NCBI GenBank assembly: GCA_965219345.1
Contig: OZ244732.1
Coordinates: forward strand, 864,001 to 928,000
DNA length: 64,000 nucleotides
From: Nitrosopumilus sp.
Lineage (GTDB): Archaea; Thermoproteota; Nitrososphaeria; Nitrososphaerales; Nitrosopumilaceae
Reading direction: 5' to 3'
In this document: one piece after another, positions 1-9,508 of the stretch
Layout: each line of letters begins with the position of its first letter
How positions within the stretch are numbered: the first letter of the stretch is position 1
Notes under the pieces: model-generated
What the model was told of the DNA's origin: nothing
What the model saw: only the letters and a program-made list of their open reading frames with translations
Database searches by the model: none
Translations under genes and position numbers: made by a program

Positions 1-56
1 TACAACCGGCAGCCTAAGAAAGACTTAAAAGGATTCTGCATTAGAATAAATCCATA

Positions 57-419
57 ATGACTCTTCCTAAAGGATTCGGTTCTGGCGGTGGCGGTGGATC
101 ATCAAGCGCTGACGTAGAACGAATGATTGGACGACGCGTTGAAAATATGACTGGCATGATAACTATTTCATACTGGGCAGCTTTGTTGGCAACTTTTGGT
201 GGTACTGCAGCTGGATACTTCTATTATCCATGGGCATATCCAACGGCAAGTGGTCACTTTGCATTCATCGTACTTGCAATCATTGAGGCAATAGGTTACA
301 TCTTCTGTGTTAAAGTCATGGAAGAAGGTTCCAACAAGAATAGTAATGGTATAGTTAGCGGTAGTATTGCTGCTTCAGTAGTATTCGTAATCTTCGTATC
401 AATGTATGTTGGTTGGTAA
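57..419 (+). CDS. amoX: Archaeal ammonia monooxygenase subunit X
   Basis: Gly-rich N-terminus, 'DVERMIGRRVENM', three TM helices, directly upstream of amoA. Confidence 0.9.
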   Translation: MTLPKGFGSGGGGGSSSADVERMIGRRVENMTGMITISYWAALLATFGGTAAGYFYYPWAYPTASGHFAFIVLAIIEAIGYIFCVKVMEEGSNKNSNGIVSGSIAASVVFVIFVSMYVGW

Positions 420-494
420 CTAGAGGGAAATATCCTCAGACACACCTCTTTTCATTTTAATTTAGGTTCAAAAAACGATCTATATTCCACTCTA

Positions 495-507
495 AAATTT
501 TATATAC
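495..507 (+). promoter_or_regulatory. Probable TATA box of amoA
   Basis: TTTATATA ending ~23 bp before the ATG at 529, the spacing of a leaderless archaeal transcript. Confidence 0.5.
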
Positions 508-528
508 TGACTGCTTATTCTATTCGAT

Positions 529-1179
529 ATGGTCTGGTTAAGACGATGTACTCACTATTTGTTCATAGTAGTAGTTGCAGTAAACTCAACACTGTTAACA
601 ATTAATGCAGGAGATTACATTTTCTATACCGACTGGGCTTGGACTTCATTTACGGTATTCTCAATATCGCAAACGTTGATGCTTGTAGTAGGTGCATGTT
701 ATTACCTAACATTTACAGGTGTTCCAGGTACAGCGACGTACTACGCTCTGATTATGACAGTATACACATGGATAGCTAAAGGTGCATGGTTTTCACTAGG
801 ATATCCATATGACTTCATTGTAACTCCAGTTTGGCTACCATCAGCGATGCTGTTGGACTTGGTTTACTGGGCAACAAAGAAGAACAAGCACTCCTTGATA
901 CTGTTCGGCGGTGTACTAGTAGGAATGTCATTACCATTATTCAATATGGTAAACCTGATAACAGTAGCAGACCCGCTTGAAACGGCATTCAAATATCCGA
1001 GACCGACATTACCACCATACATGACACCGATAGAACCGCAGGTAGGTAAGTTCTATAACAGTCCAGTAGCGCTGGGTGCGGGTGCTGGTGCGGTATTGTC
1101 AGTCACTATGGCTGCGTTGGGTGTTAAACTTAACACTTGGACGTACCGATGGATGGCTGCTTGGTCAAAGTGGGACTAA
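529..1179 (+). CDS. amoA: Archaeal ammonia monooxygenase subunit A
   Basis: MVWLRRCTHYLFIVVVAVNSTLLTINAGDYIFYTDWAW... classic 216-aa archaeal AmoA. Confidence 0.99.
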   Translation: MVWLRRCTHYLFIVVVAVNSTLLTINAGDYIFYTDWAWTSFTVFSISQTLMLVVGACYYLTFTGVPGTATYYALIMTVYTWIAKGAWFSLGYPYDFIVTPVWLPSAMLLDLVYWATKKNKHSLILFGGVLVGMSLPLFNMVNLITVADPLETAFKYPRPTLPPYMTPIEPQVGKFYNSPVALGAGAGAVLSVTMAALGVKLNTWTYRWMAAWSKWD

Positions 1180-1350
1180 AAATCCAACCTTTTCATTTTA
1201 TTATTTTTCTTTAGAGTAATCTCTAAACGATCAGAACTTTTCCAAATTTACGAAGTTTGTATTTAAGCCATTTTGTGACTAGGAAAAAATTAGTTCAAGA
1301 TCAATTTATTTTATCTAAAGCAGGGATAACGAATTTTACAATATTCGTTA

Positions 1351-2211
1351 TTGAAACAAACCTACAGCCAAATTCTTGGAACACCAAAACCATTTGTAAA
1401 ATGGGCTGGAGGAAAACGCCAATTAATTCCAATTCTTAATGAAAATTTACCTAAAACTTTTGGAACCTATTATGAGCCATTTCTAGGCGGAGGTGCATTA
1501 TTGTTCCATATCTTAACTGAGAGAAATGGACCAAAATGTAGTATCTCTGATCTTAACTCCGATTTGGTATTGGCATATACCACAATTCGGGACAGAGTTG
1601 ATGAACTAATTTCTTCTCTCAAAAGCCATGAAAAAAATTATCAAAAAGATTCAAAATCTTACTATTATTCTGTTAGAGATACCAATCCTAGAAGCGAAAT
1701 TGAAAAGACATCTAGATTGCTCTTTTTGAACAGGACTTGTTTTAATGGATTGTATCGTGTTAACGGCAAAGGAAAATTCAATGTACCTTTAGGAAAATAT
1801 ACAAATCCAAATATTGTAAATGAGGAGAATCTACGTTCTGTTAGTAACATCTTGCAATCAAGCAGAGTTTCAATAAAATGCCGTGATTTTGAGGCAGTTC
1901 TGAGAGATGCCAAAAAAGGAGATCTTGTTTATTTTGATCCTCCATACCAACCAGTTAGTGAAACTTCCAACTTTACCAGTTACACAAACAAGAATTTCAC
2001 ATTTGATGATTTGAGCAGACTTGCAGAACTGTGCATGAAATTAGACTCGAAGGGATGTAGGGTTCTTTTGTCAAATTCAGATTCTAAACAAGTTTCAGAT
2101 ATGTTTGCAAAGAAACCTTGGAAAGTAACCAAAATTCAGGCTAATCGTTCAATTAATTCCAACTCCAAAAAGAGAACTGGACACTTTGAACTATTGATTA
2201 AAAATTATTAG
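1351..2211 (+). CDS. dam: DNA adenine methyltransferase (Dam/D12 class)
   Basis: KWAGGK, YEPFLGGG, FNGLYRVN and DPPY motifs. Confidence 0.93.
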   Translation: MKQTYSQILGTPKPFVKWAGGKRQLIPILNENLPKTFGTYYEPFLGGGALLFHILTERNGPKCSISDLNSDLVLAYTTIRDRVDELISSLKSHEKNYQKDSKSYYYSVRDTNPRSEIEKTSRLLFLNRTCFNGLYRVNGKGKFNVPLGKYTNPNIVNEENLRSVSNILQSSRVSIKCRDFEAVLRDAKKGDLVYFDPPYQPVSETSNFTSYTNKNFTFDDLSRLAELCMKLDSKGCRVLLSNSDSKQVSDMFAKKPWKVTKIQANRSINSNSKKRTGHFELLIKNY

Positions 2212-2249
2212 AAGCTTTGAACGGGATCTGAACCCGTGACCTTTACATT
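2212..2249 (+). repeat. att site (copy of the tRNA-Thr 3' half)
   Basis: aagctttgaacgggatctgaacccgtgacctttacatt matches 5514-5551 except for one base. Confidence 0.92.
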
Positions 2250-3077
2250 GTCAAATCCTCAGACTCTTGACGATAAATTCTGGCAACGCTATAATCAGCA
2301 TCTACAAAATAATTACAAACATTCTACTATTCAAACTCACAAGTGCTATTCCAGAAAATACTTCCATATACTAAATGACGGCAATGCTCAGGAACTACTC
2401 ACTCTATCTAATCATAAGCGATTAATGGTAATGAGTGCATAGCGTCACTGTCCAAATTCATGGGATGTTATGATTCATGGGAATCTATCAAGAAACGCTA
2501 TCATCTGAAATGGTCACACAATGATGGACTCAGTTTCTTTAATGCAATTACAAATGGGGATAATCTTGATTCCATGTTAAAATGGCTTAAGGATACTATT
2601 TCCAAACTATCTGAATCTGATTCTAATATCTTGATTTATTGTACTGTTACAGGATTAAGGCCTACTGAGACCCGTCATAGTATCGAACTAATCCATACAG
2701 ATCTTGATAACTATCTAAACAAGGACTCTATGATGTTAGAGCACTTCAAATATCCTCGCCAGTTCATTAGAAAAACTAAACATGCCTTTGTCAGTATAGT
2801 AGATGACTCAATAATTGATCTAGCTCAGAATACCTCTCAACGTAGTTACAATTCTACTAGGATGCTCTTACGTAAACAAAGTATTGAAATGCATATGGCT
2901 TTCTGTAGAAAGATCTTTGCTACTTATCTTAGAAATAATGGAATACAACCAGAAATCATTGATCTCTTACAAGGACGTGTTCCAAAGTCAGTCTTCTTGA
3001 GACATTACTATAAGCCAGATCTTGGATGTGGTACTAGAGTAATAACTGAGAAGCTACTTGACGAAATCACGGTTTAA
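2221..3077 (+). pseudogene. Tyrosine integrase C-terminal fragment (intC), frameshifted near 2440
   Basis: TGLRPTE, CRKIFATYL, LLQGR and RHYY motifs; restoring one base at ~2440 joins the two ORFs as ...MSALASLSKFMGCYD. Confidence 0.85.
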
Positions 3078-3827
3078 CACTTATTCTATTCTTACTTAGC
3101 AGCTATAGCTAGATCATGTTCTTTCTATGACGTGTCTTGCTCTAGATTGTGTTTGAAAAATTTGCTGTATGTTGGTATTTTAGAGAGATCTAATATTAAA
3201 GCAGTATTGTGCTCTCACTAATCTGTCGAGGAGATTTCGATCCATTAATTGTAGGAAATAAAGTACTTTCGTTCCAAAGAAAATTCAATAAAAACAACAA
3301 ATTCTAGGTTGATACTCCCTATGAAGATAGAATGTGATGACTGCTGTAAATCTCCACGTCATAAGAATAAACTAACATCCCTAGATCACTAGGTGTGTAG
3401 ATGGAATTGAAGAAATTATTAAAACATACGAAAAATAAAATTTGAATAGAAAATTCTGTTGGTAAATTATGAATTTTTGTTATCTAGATCAAAATCAGGA
3501 TCGGATAATAGGGAAAAGTATTATTACTTATTCATTTTTACAGAGGTTGATTAGATTGGTAGAGGTGTCTGAAAATGGTAATTTTAGTTTATTGTGTAAA
3601 TCCACTTTAATGGGAAACTTTCTCAATTCTGGTACAATTTGGTAGAAATGGCTTATAGTCAGAAATTCATAAAAATTACACACAACATGTTATACGATTC
3701 AAAGGAATTGAGTTATTCATGAATAAGCCTAAACCATGCCGATCTATTTTTAAAGATTGCTATACAAATAGAGAGATCCAAGTGAGAAAAATGATAGGTA
3801 TTAATTCGAGAAACATGGATTTAGGGG

Positions 3828-4082
3828 ATGGTACAAATGTCTTTGCTTAAAGCCAAAGGATTGGTTATACGTAGTGGACAAGCTTCTCCAGTTACTGGAT
3901 ATTTTGTCTATAATGGTAATCCAGAATATGGACAAATCCCATGTTATCCAGAACAAAAAGAAAGAGCGATTGTTTTAGAAAAAGGCCAGATAGCTCCACG
4001 TATATCTTCATGTCAAAATCATGAGGCATTATGGAGATTTGTTGTAGAGAAAAAATCTACTGGTCCAGCACATACTCACTAA
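3828..4082 (+). CDS. Hypothetical protein (element cargo)
   Basis: 84-aa ORF after a GGGG RBS-like stretch; no family recognised. Confidence 0.5.
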   Translation: MVQMSLLKAKGLVIRSGQASPVTGYFVYNGNPEYGQIPCYPEQKERAIVLEKGQIAPRISSCQNHEALWRFVVEKKSTGPAHTH

Positions 4083-4605
4083 ATTCTTTTAACTTATGAT
4101 CAGATGCGTAGTCTGAAAGAACAGTTCTAAAGAAATCCTGGAAGCTATCTAATAATTCATCATCATTGGGATTATTACGTAAAGCAGGAATAAAAAAATC
4201 AAGTATCGTGGATTTTTGAGCAATGAAATTATCAAGTTCAAGTGCACTTAGCAAATGGGCTTGTGATCTAACTCTATCAATTATACGATCATAATTATGC
4301 AAAATATTGTCAGTTAATTCTACAATATCAGTACGACTAGTTGGCTCCGAAACTAAAACACCAGAAATGGCAACACAATTCAGATATTCCGTTGCAGTTC
4401 TATTACGTATGTATTTTCTATTTTGACGATCCCGACTAGTAGTTAGAAACCAAACACTCACACCGACTAAAAGAGCAATTTGGATATTGATTAAAATCTG
4501 AAAGAATATTCCATCTTGTACAATAGATTGATTATAGATGCCAATAACAACAAAAGCTACTAATAGAAATACTGACGTAATTCCGACTTGAGATTCTATT
4601 CCCAT
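4057..4605 (-). CDS. Hypothetical membrane protein (element cargo)
   Basis: Two N-terminal TM helices plus a soluble helical domain. Confidence 0.65.
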   Translation of the reverse strand: MGIESQVGITSVFLLVAFVVIGIYNQSIVQDGIFFQILINIQIALLVGVSVWFLTTSRDRQNRKYIRNRTATEYLNCVAISGVLVSEPTSRTDIVELTDNILHNYDRIIDRVRSQAHLLSALELDNFIAQKSTILDFFIPALRNNPNDDELLDSFQDFFRTVLSDYASDHKLKEFSEYVLDQ

Positions 4606-4738
4606 ATCATAACATCCTCTGTAATCGTTGACTTAGATCTAAGTAATTAAGACTTATGACCAGATCAATAATTGTAATGAATGTTTAGATCATAAAACAC
4701 AATGTTTATAACACTATACCTATTAGGTAAGTATAGAA

Positions 4739-4930
4739 ATGGCAAAAATAACTATTGAGGGTTATCAATGTGAAAGATGTGAACATGAATGGGTTCCACG
4801 TTCTACAACCAAAGGAGAACCAACAATATGTCCTGACTGTAAATCACCATATTGGAACAAACCTAGATTAACTTCAGTAAAACGTAAAACAATAATTCGT
4901 CATTTTAAGAGAAAAGGTACGCAAAAATGA
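4739..4930 (+). CDS. Small zinc-ribbon protein
   Basis: CERCEHEW...CPDCKSPYW, a pattern common in archaeal viruses and integrated elements. Confidence 0.75.
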   Translation: MAKITIEGYQCERCEHEWVPRSTTKGEPTICPDCKSPYWNKPRLTSVKRKTIIRHFKRKGTQK

Positions 4931-5334
4931 TGGATGATATTTTAGAATCTGAATGTGCATAATATCATCATTGACGGAAATCATTCGGAAATGAACGTAC
5001 CAATATACCTTATGCCGCAACTTTTGAATGTCCGAGTTGTAAGGCCATTGGAGATTTTGAGTGGTTGGATGAAGAAACTAGAAAACTAAAGGCACAAAAA
5101 AATCTAGGTTTATTAAATAATGATGAGTCAATTAAAAAAATCCAGGATTTGGAATACAAATTAGAATTATTAACTAAAGAAGTAGAATTAGAGAAGAAGA
5201 AGCGAGAGTTATCTGATGCTGAACTAGAAAAAATTATTTTTTGGGCTAACGATAGAGAAGAGGACTTTCGACATACTGAAGTACTAGCAGAGGAATTAGA
5301 TGATGAATCTAAATTTCGAGAAAACAACAAATAA
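4927..5334 (+). pseudogene. Zn-ribbon/coiled-coil protein with in-frame stops
   Basis: Frame reads MMDDILESECA*YHH*RKS...FECPSCKAIG and continues into ORF 5065-5334. Confidence 0.55.
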
Positions 5335-5335
5335 C

Positions 5336-5551
5336 ATGTTTAGTAAAGCAAAACGAAATTATCTACAAAATAATGGTCATTTTTCAAAGTTATACAGTTA
5401 CGTACTTGAACATAGAATTAAAGAAAAACTTAAGCAGTTTTACAGATTGGAACTCCCATTAATTGAAGAGTCAAAATCTTACAGAATTTCATAAGAAACT
5501 TACAGAAAATAATAAGCTTCGAACGGGATCTGAACCCGTGACCTTTACATT
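5336..5551 (+). pseudogene. Probable integrase N-terminal fragment (intN)
   Basis: Frame ...LTENNKLRTGSEPVTFT through attR is in register with intC at the other att; upstream part appears frameshifted. Confidence 0.6.
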
Positions 5552-5588
5552 ACCAATGTAACGCTCTACCAGACTGAGCTACCGAAGC
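5515..5588 (-). tRNA. tRNA-Thr(GGT)
   Basis: Cloverleaf GCTTCGG...TTACA-TT-GGT-AA-TGTAA...GTTCAGATCCC. Confidence 0.95.
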
Positions 5589-5601
5589 ACAAATTCACCC
5601 T

Positions 5602-5711
5602 GTAGGAAATCCTTATAATTCTTCATCATCTCACAGCCTGACTTTGCGGATGCTGCCCAGGACACAACCGAGCAGGTAGGAAATCCTTATAATTCTTCAT
5701 CATTTCACACC
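5602..5711. repeat. Isolated repeat-spacer-repeat (34-36-bp duplication, 38-40-bp insert)
   Basis: gtaggaaatccttataattcttcatcatYtcaca at 5602 and 5676 around a GC-rich unique insert. Confidence 0.85.
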
Positions 5712-5753
5712 ACCCTCTAAACTGTTAAATTTCACACAGATTTTTACTCCTTT

Positions 5754-5875
5754 GGAGGAGTAATCAAGCCTGGCCAAAGTAAGCACTTTGTGCTTTTGGA
5801 CATGCAGGACTTAAGATCAAATAATGGGTGATCCTGTCTTTCAGGAGTTCGTGGGTTCAAATCCCACCTCCTCCA
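5754..5875 (+). tRNA. tRNA-Leu(TAA) with two introns
   Basis: GGAGGAG/CTCCTCC acceptor stem, CAGGA-CT-TAA-GA-TCCTG arm and long variable arm after removing ~5780-5801 and ~5816-5830. Confidence 0.85.
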
Positions 5876-5880
5876 CTAAT

Positions 5881-6267
5881 CTATTTTGGATGTTTGATTC
5901 CTCTGGCGTTTAGAACTTCGTAAACATCTGGCAGTGAAAACACAAAACCAACATGTACACAATCTTTCTCATCACAGAGCTGGCAAAACAGTTCTCCTTT
6001 CTGAACTGCAACTTCTGCAATTCTATTTTTGATGTTATCTTTTAGTATTACACGATCATCATCGACAGAAATCTTTTCAATCTTTGGAGCATATCTTGCA
6101 AAGGTCTTGTCCTTTTGCATCATCTCCTCTAACATGTAAGTTACATAACCTGAAAAGCTATTGACACCTTTCATTGCAAGGTCGTCTTTGCTCTTTAGAA
6201 AAACATCATGGAATTTATCATAAACGTTCTCTGAAACGGTAATTGATTTGAATCCTGCTTTTGGCAA
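5881..6267 (-). CDS. Conserved thaumarchaeal protein, RHH-like N-terminus plus Cys/His cluster
   Basis: FKSITVSENVYDKF; CQLCDEKDCVH. Confidence 0.75.
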   Translation of the reverse strand: MPKAGFKSITVSENVYDKFHDVFLKSKDDLAMKGVNSFSGYVTYMLEEMMQKDKTFARYAPKIEKISVDDDRVILKDNIKNRIAEVAVQKGELFCQLCDEKDCVHVGFVFSLPDVYEVLNARGIKHPK

Positions 6268-6386
6268 TTTACTTTTCCCTTACCGTACATTAAGGTACCC
6301 AACTATATAATGTTTTATTTTAAAAATAGACCATTCACGTAGAGATAGAAATTAGTCTTTATACCATACCTCAATTCAAAAGCACT

Positions 6387-7280
6387 ATGGGTCGAGGCTA
6401 TTCAACTGAGGAGATGAGGCAAAAACTGATCTCAACTTTGGAGGATTCAGAGACTGGAATGTCTGGAGTCGAGGTTTCCGAAAAAATTGGTGTCAACCGA
6501 ATAACCATGGCAAAGTATCTCAAAGTTTTTGCGGCTGAAGGATTGTTACGACAAAAAAATATTGGAAATGTTACACTATGGTTTTTAGAGCCAGGACAAG
6601 AATCTTACAACTTTCCTGATGATTATTTCAAAATAGCACCGCAGTATCTTGATCATTTAGTAAAAGGTCATGAAGGCCAGGTTTATTCCCTTGTTCATAA
6701 TTGTCTACATTCTGGGGCAACAGTAAATCGTTTGATATTTGAAGTAATTTTGCCTGCCATCAATTCCGTTAAGAATTTGTATGATGATGGCAAGATTGGG
6801 ACTGCCGAACAAAATCTCCTTAGAACCACAATTTCGAAATCTCTTCAAATCTTTTATCAGCTTCAGGTTGTTTCAGATCCAAAAAAGAATGTAGTTGTAA
6901 TAGCAGCTGATGCACAAAGTCTATTGTTTTCTGAAGCTGCATCGTCCGCATATCATTCTGACGGTTGGAAGGTTTCTCATTTAGGTGATATGTCTTCGGT
7001 AATCAATGTCTTGTTTGATCTTGATTTTCAAAAATTGATTGGAAAAATTTGGAAACAAAAACCAGGAATTTTGATGGTAGCTGTATTCTCACAGACTGAT
7101 GAGGGTCTGAACTTTTTTGCCGACTCTATCAATCCTATAAAAGAAAAATCTGGAAAACAAATGAAATTAATACTTTGTGGAAAAATATCCAAAAAAACTA
7201 AAATTGATTCTGATCTATTATCTGAAAAACTTGAGGATATCTTACAGTGGTCTCAAACAGTATTTGAAAATATGAAATAG
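6387..7280 (+). CDS. HTH transcriptional regulator with B12-binding-like domains
   Basis: N-terminal wHTH (NRITMAKYL), four-helix cap and Rossmann-like C-terminus (GWKVSHLG). Confidence 0.75.
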   Translation: MGRGYSTEEMRQKLISTLEDSETGMSGVEVSEKIGVNRITMAKYLKVFAAEGLLRQKNIGNVTLWFLEPGQESYNFPDDYFKIAPQYLDHLVKGHEGQVYSLVHNCLHSGATVNRLIFEVILPAINSVKNLYDDGKIGTAEQNLLRTTISKSLQIFYQLQVVSDPKKNVVVIAADAQSLLFSEAASSAYHSDGWKVSHLGDMSSVINVLFDLDFQKLIGKIWKQKPGILMVAVFSQTDEGLNFFADSINPIKEKSGKQMKLILCGKISKKTKIDSDLLSEKLEDILQWSQTVFENMK

Positions 7281-7288
7281 TGAAAGAA

Positions 7289-7363
7289 TGGGCCCGATGT
7301 GATTCGAACACATGACCTTTCGATTATCAGTCGAACGCTCCAGCCAAGCTGAGCTACGAGCCC
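7289..7363 (-). tRNA. tRNA-Ile(GAT)
   Basis: GGGCTCG...TTCGA-CT-GAT-AA-TCGAA...GTTCGAATC. Confidence 0.96.
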
Positions 7364-7396
7364 ACGAACAATTCTCTAGGCTGGAGTCATTTAAGT

Positions 7397-7951
7397 TTAA
7401 TTTTCTTTCCACTTGATTGAACAGCCAATTGACGGATCAAAATACTTTTCAATTTTTTCACCGGACAATAATTTTTGCATGTTGTTAATCATTGTCTTTT
7501 CTGTAACTGTATCATCTGGTTTCATGGCATTGTCAATTCTTCCATGAAAAACTAACTGCTTTTGGTTATTGAACAAGAATGGATCTGGGGTACACATCGC
7601 ACCATATTTCTTGGCAACCTCTTGTGTCTCATCTACCAGGTAATCAAACCCAAATCCTTTCTCTTTTGCTGTTTGTTTCATAGCATCAAAACTATCCTCA
7701 GGATAATCAACAGAATCATTACTGTTAATTCCTATAATGGCAATCTCTTTCCCAAATTTTTCATGGAGCTCGTTTAATGCATCCACTTTAGCTTTAACAT
7801 ATGGACAATGATTACACATGAAAATTACTAGAATTCCTTTGTAATTGCTGTAATCATTTAGCAGATGTTTTTTGTCATCAATTCCCAATAATTCAAAATC
7901 TGGTGCAATATCTCCTGCTTTCAGTTTTACTTGTGATTCTAAAAGTACCAT
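7397..7951 (-). CDS. Thioredoxin-fold protein (AhpC/TSA family)
   Basis: APDFEL, FMCNHCPYV, GCSIKW. Confidence 0.9.
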   Translation of the reverse strand: MVLLESQVKLKAGDIAPDFELLGIDDKKHLLNDYSNYKGILVIFMCNHCPYVKAKVDALNELHEKFGKEIAIIGINSNDSVDYPEDSFDAMKQTAKEKGFGFDYLVDETQEVAKKYGAMCTPDPFLFNNQKQLVFHGRIDNAMKPDDTVTEKTMINNMQKLLSGEKIEKYFDPSIGCSIKWKEN

Positions 7952-8031
7952 GGAAAAACCATCCTGTTTTCAAATAAAATCCTTGTCAAGAAGACAACAA
8001 TTAAAATCCACACGTTAACCATCCATCATAT

Positions 8032-8105
8032 GGGCCGGTAGTATAGCCTGGTAGTATACCCGCCTTGCACGCGGGGGGTCACGGATTCGAATTCCGTCCG
8101 GTCCA
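8032..8105 (+). tRNA. tRNA-Ala(TGC)
   Basis: CCCGC-CT-TGC-AC-GCGGG anticodon arm, TTCGAAT T-loop. Confidence 0.95.
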
Positions 8106-8181
8106 CTTTTTACTATCCCGATCTATGCTGAATTTCAGACTGCTGGATGGATTTAAATAGGATAAGTTCCGGTTTTTTCTT

Positions 8182-8283
8182 ATGACAAGTGTAGCAGATG
8201 GATGGCCTGTATGGATTCCACTCATTGTTGGTCTAGCTCCAGGTTTAATTTACTGGATTGCACTTACCGCAAAGAGAAAATAA
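8182..8283 (+). CDS. 33-aa single-TM small protein
   Basis: MTSVADGWPVWIPLIVGLAPGLIYWIALTAKRK; TTTAAATA box just upstream; basic tail. Confidence 0.65.
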   Translation: MTSVADGWPVWIPLIVGLAPGLIYWIALTAKRK

Positions 8284-8413
8284 AACTTACATCTATTTTT
8301 AATCTCTTTTTGTTATGTTCAAATTAGTGTCAACTGGGTTAAACGTTGTTACCTTTCTTGTTCACTATATGATATGATACACGAAATTAAACTACTACTC
8401 CCTAGAAATCCAT

Positions 8414-9475
8414 ATGCAGAAACTTGTTCTAAGCGCATTTTTGATTTTACTCTTTATTTCATTTTCCCAGGCATTCTCTCAAGAATATTCGGATAATGTT
8501 CCAACACTTTCTGTATCTCTGATAAATGACACCCCTTTTGTCTATCAGGATTCTGAGGGATATACCGTTGTAGTTGGCGCAGTTGAAAACAACGATTCCC
8601 TAGCTCATATAACCAATGTTATGATTCAAGTAAGCTTTTTTGATGATTTTGATTCCAATCCATTGGAAGTTGTAAATGGACGTACAACCTTACAAGTAAT
8701 TCCTCCTAATGGGCAGTCTCCATTTGCTATACGTTCTGAAACCGCAAATCCCAACATTACTCAAGCATCAGTGTCTCTTTTACCATTTGATGTTTCAGAA
8801 GCAAAACAAAAAGAACTTAAGATATTTCCTGGTGGGGTCTTTTCAGGTTCTTTGTTACACTTTTCCGGAGTTTTGCAAAGTGAAATTCCTCCTATTTCCA
8901 ATGCTAATGTTTATCTTGCCTTCTATGATGATTTTGATCCTCCAAGAATTCTTAGGGTGTATACAGTTGAAATTGGTGATGTAGAGTCAAATGAAGTAGC
9001 CTTTGAGTTTGACGAGCCAATCGACTTGAGGTCTGTAGGTTTCCTGGTGTTTTCTGAATCTGAAAAATTTTACTCGGATTTTGTTGATATAAAAATTCCC
9101 AATCCTAGAATCCCTACAAAACTACTAACAATTTCTGATGTGTCCGTAAAGGACATGATGGGAAACAAGCTTTCTGAAATAAAATTAGGATCAACCGTAA
9201 ATATAGAAAGTGAAACTTTACAGTTTGTAGCGGATCAAAAATCTAACGAAACTGCATATACCTATTATGTACAAATCAAAGAGTCCGGAACATCTCCCTT
9301 TGTTGAGTATATTGGAAAATTTGATGGACAATTCGTTGGAACGGGAACTGAATCTCAAACCATAGATTGGATTCCAGAAAAAAAGGGATTATTTTTTATC
9401 GAGACATTTGTTTGGGATAGAAATAACGTTCCACTAGCTGATCAGGGCCCTTTTGTTCTAATTCTTGTAAACTAG
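8414..9475 (+). CDS. Secreted beta-rich protein (FxLYD-like domains)
   Basis: Signal peptide, VVGAVEN...FFD...PF repeats. Confidence 0.8.
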   Translation: MQKLVLSAFLILLFISFSQAFSQEYSDNVPTLSVSLINDTPFVYQDSEGYTVVVGAVENNDSLAHITNVMIQVSFFDDFDSNPLEVVNGRTTLQVIPPNGQSPFAIRSETANPNITQASVSLLPFDVSEAKQKELKIFPGGVFSGSLLHFSGVLQSEIPPISNANVYLAFYDDFDPPRILRVYTVEIGDVESNEVAFEFDEPIDLRSVGFLVFSESEKFYSDFVDIKIPNPRIPTKLLTISDVSVKDMMGNKLSEIKLGSTVNIESETLQFVADQKSNETAYTYYVQIKESGTSPFVEYIGKFDGQFVGTGTESQTIDWIPEKKGLFFIETFVWDRNNVPLADQGPFVLILVN

Positions 9476-9508
9476 TAGATTTATTTTCAAAGAATTCTAT
9501 ACATCTGC

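Larger units (their letters stand above)
2212..5551. mobile_element. Decayed integrated element in tRNA-Thr(GGT) with split (SSV1-type) integrase
   Basis: 38-bp direct repeat (1 mismatch) of the tRNA 3' half at 2212-2249 and 5514-5551; the integrase frame runs through the att sequence. Confidence 0.88.

Noticed and set aside
1-17. End of an upstream amo gene
   Set aside because: Too little sequence to identify.
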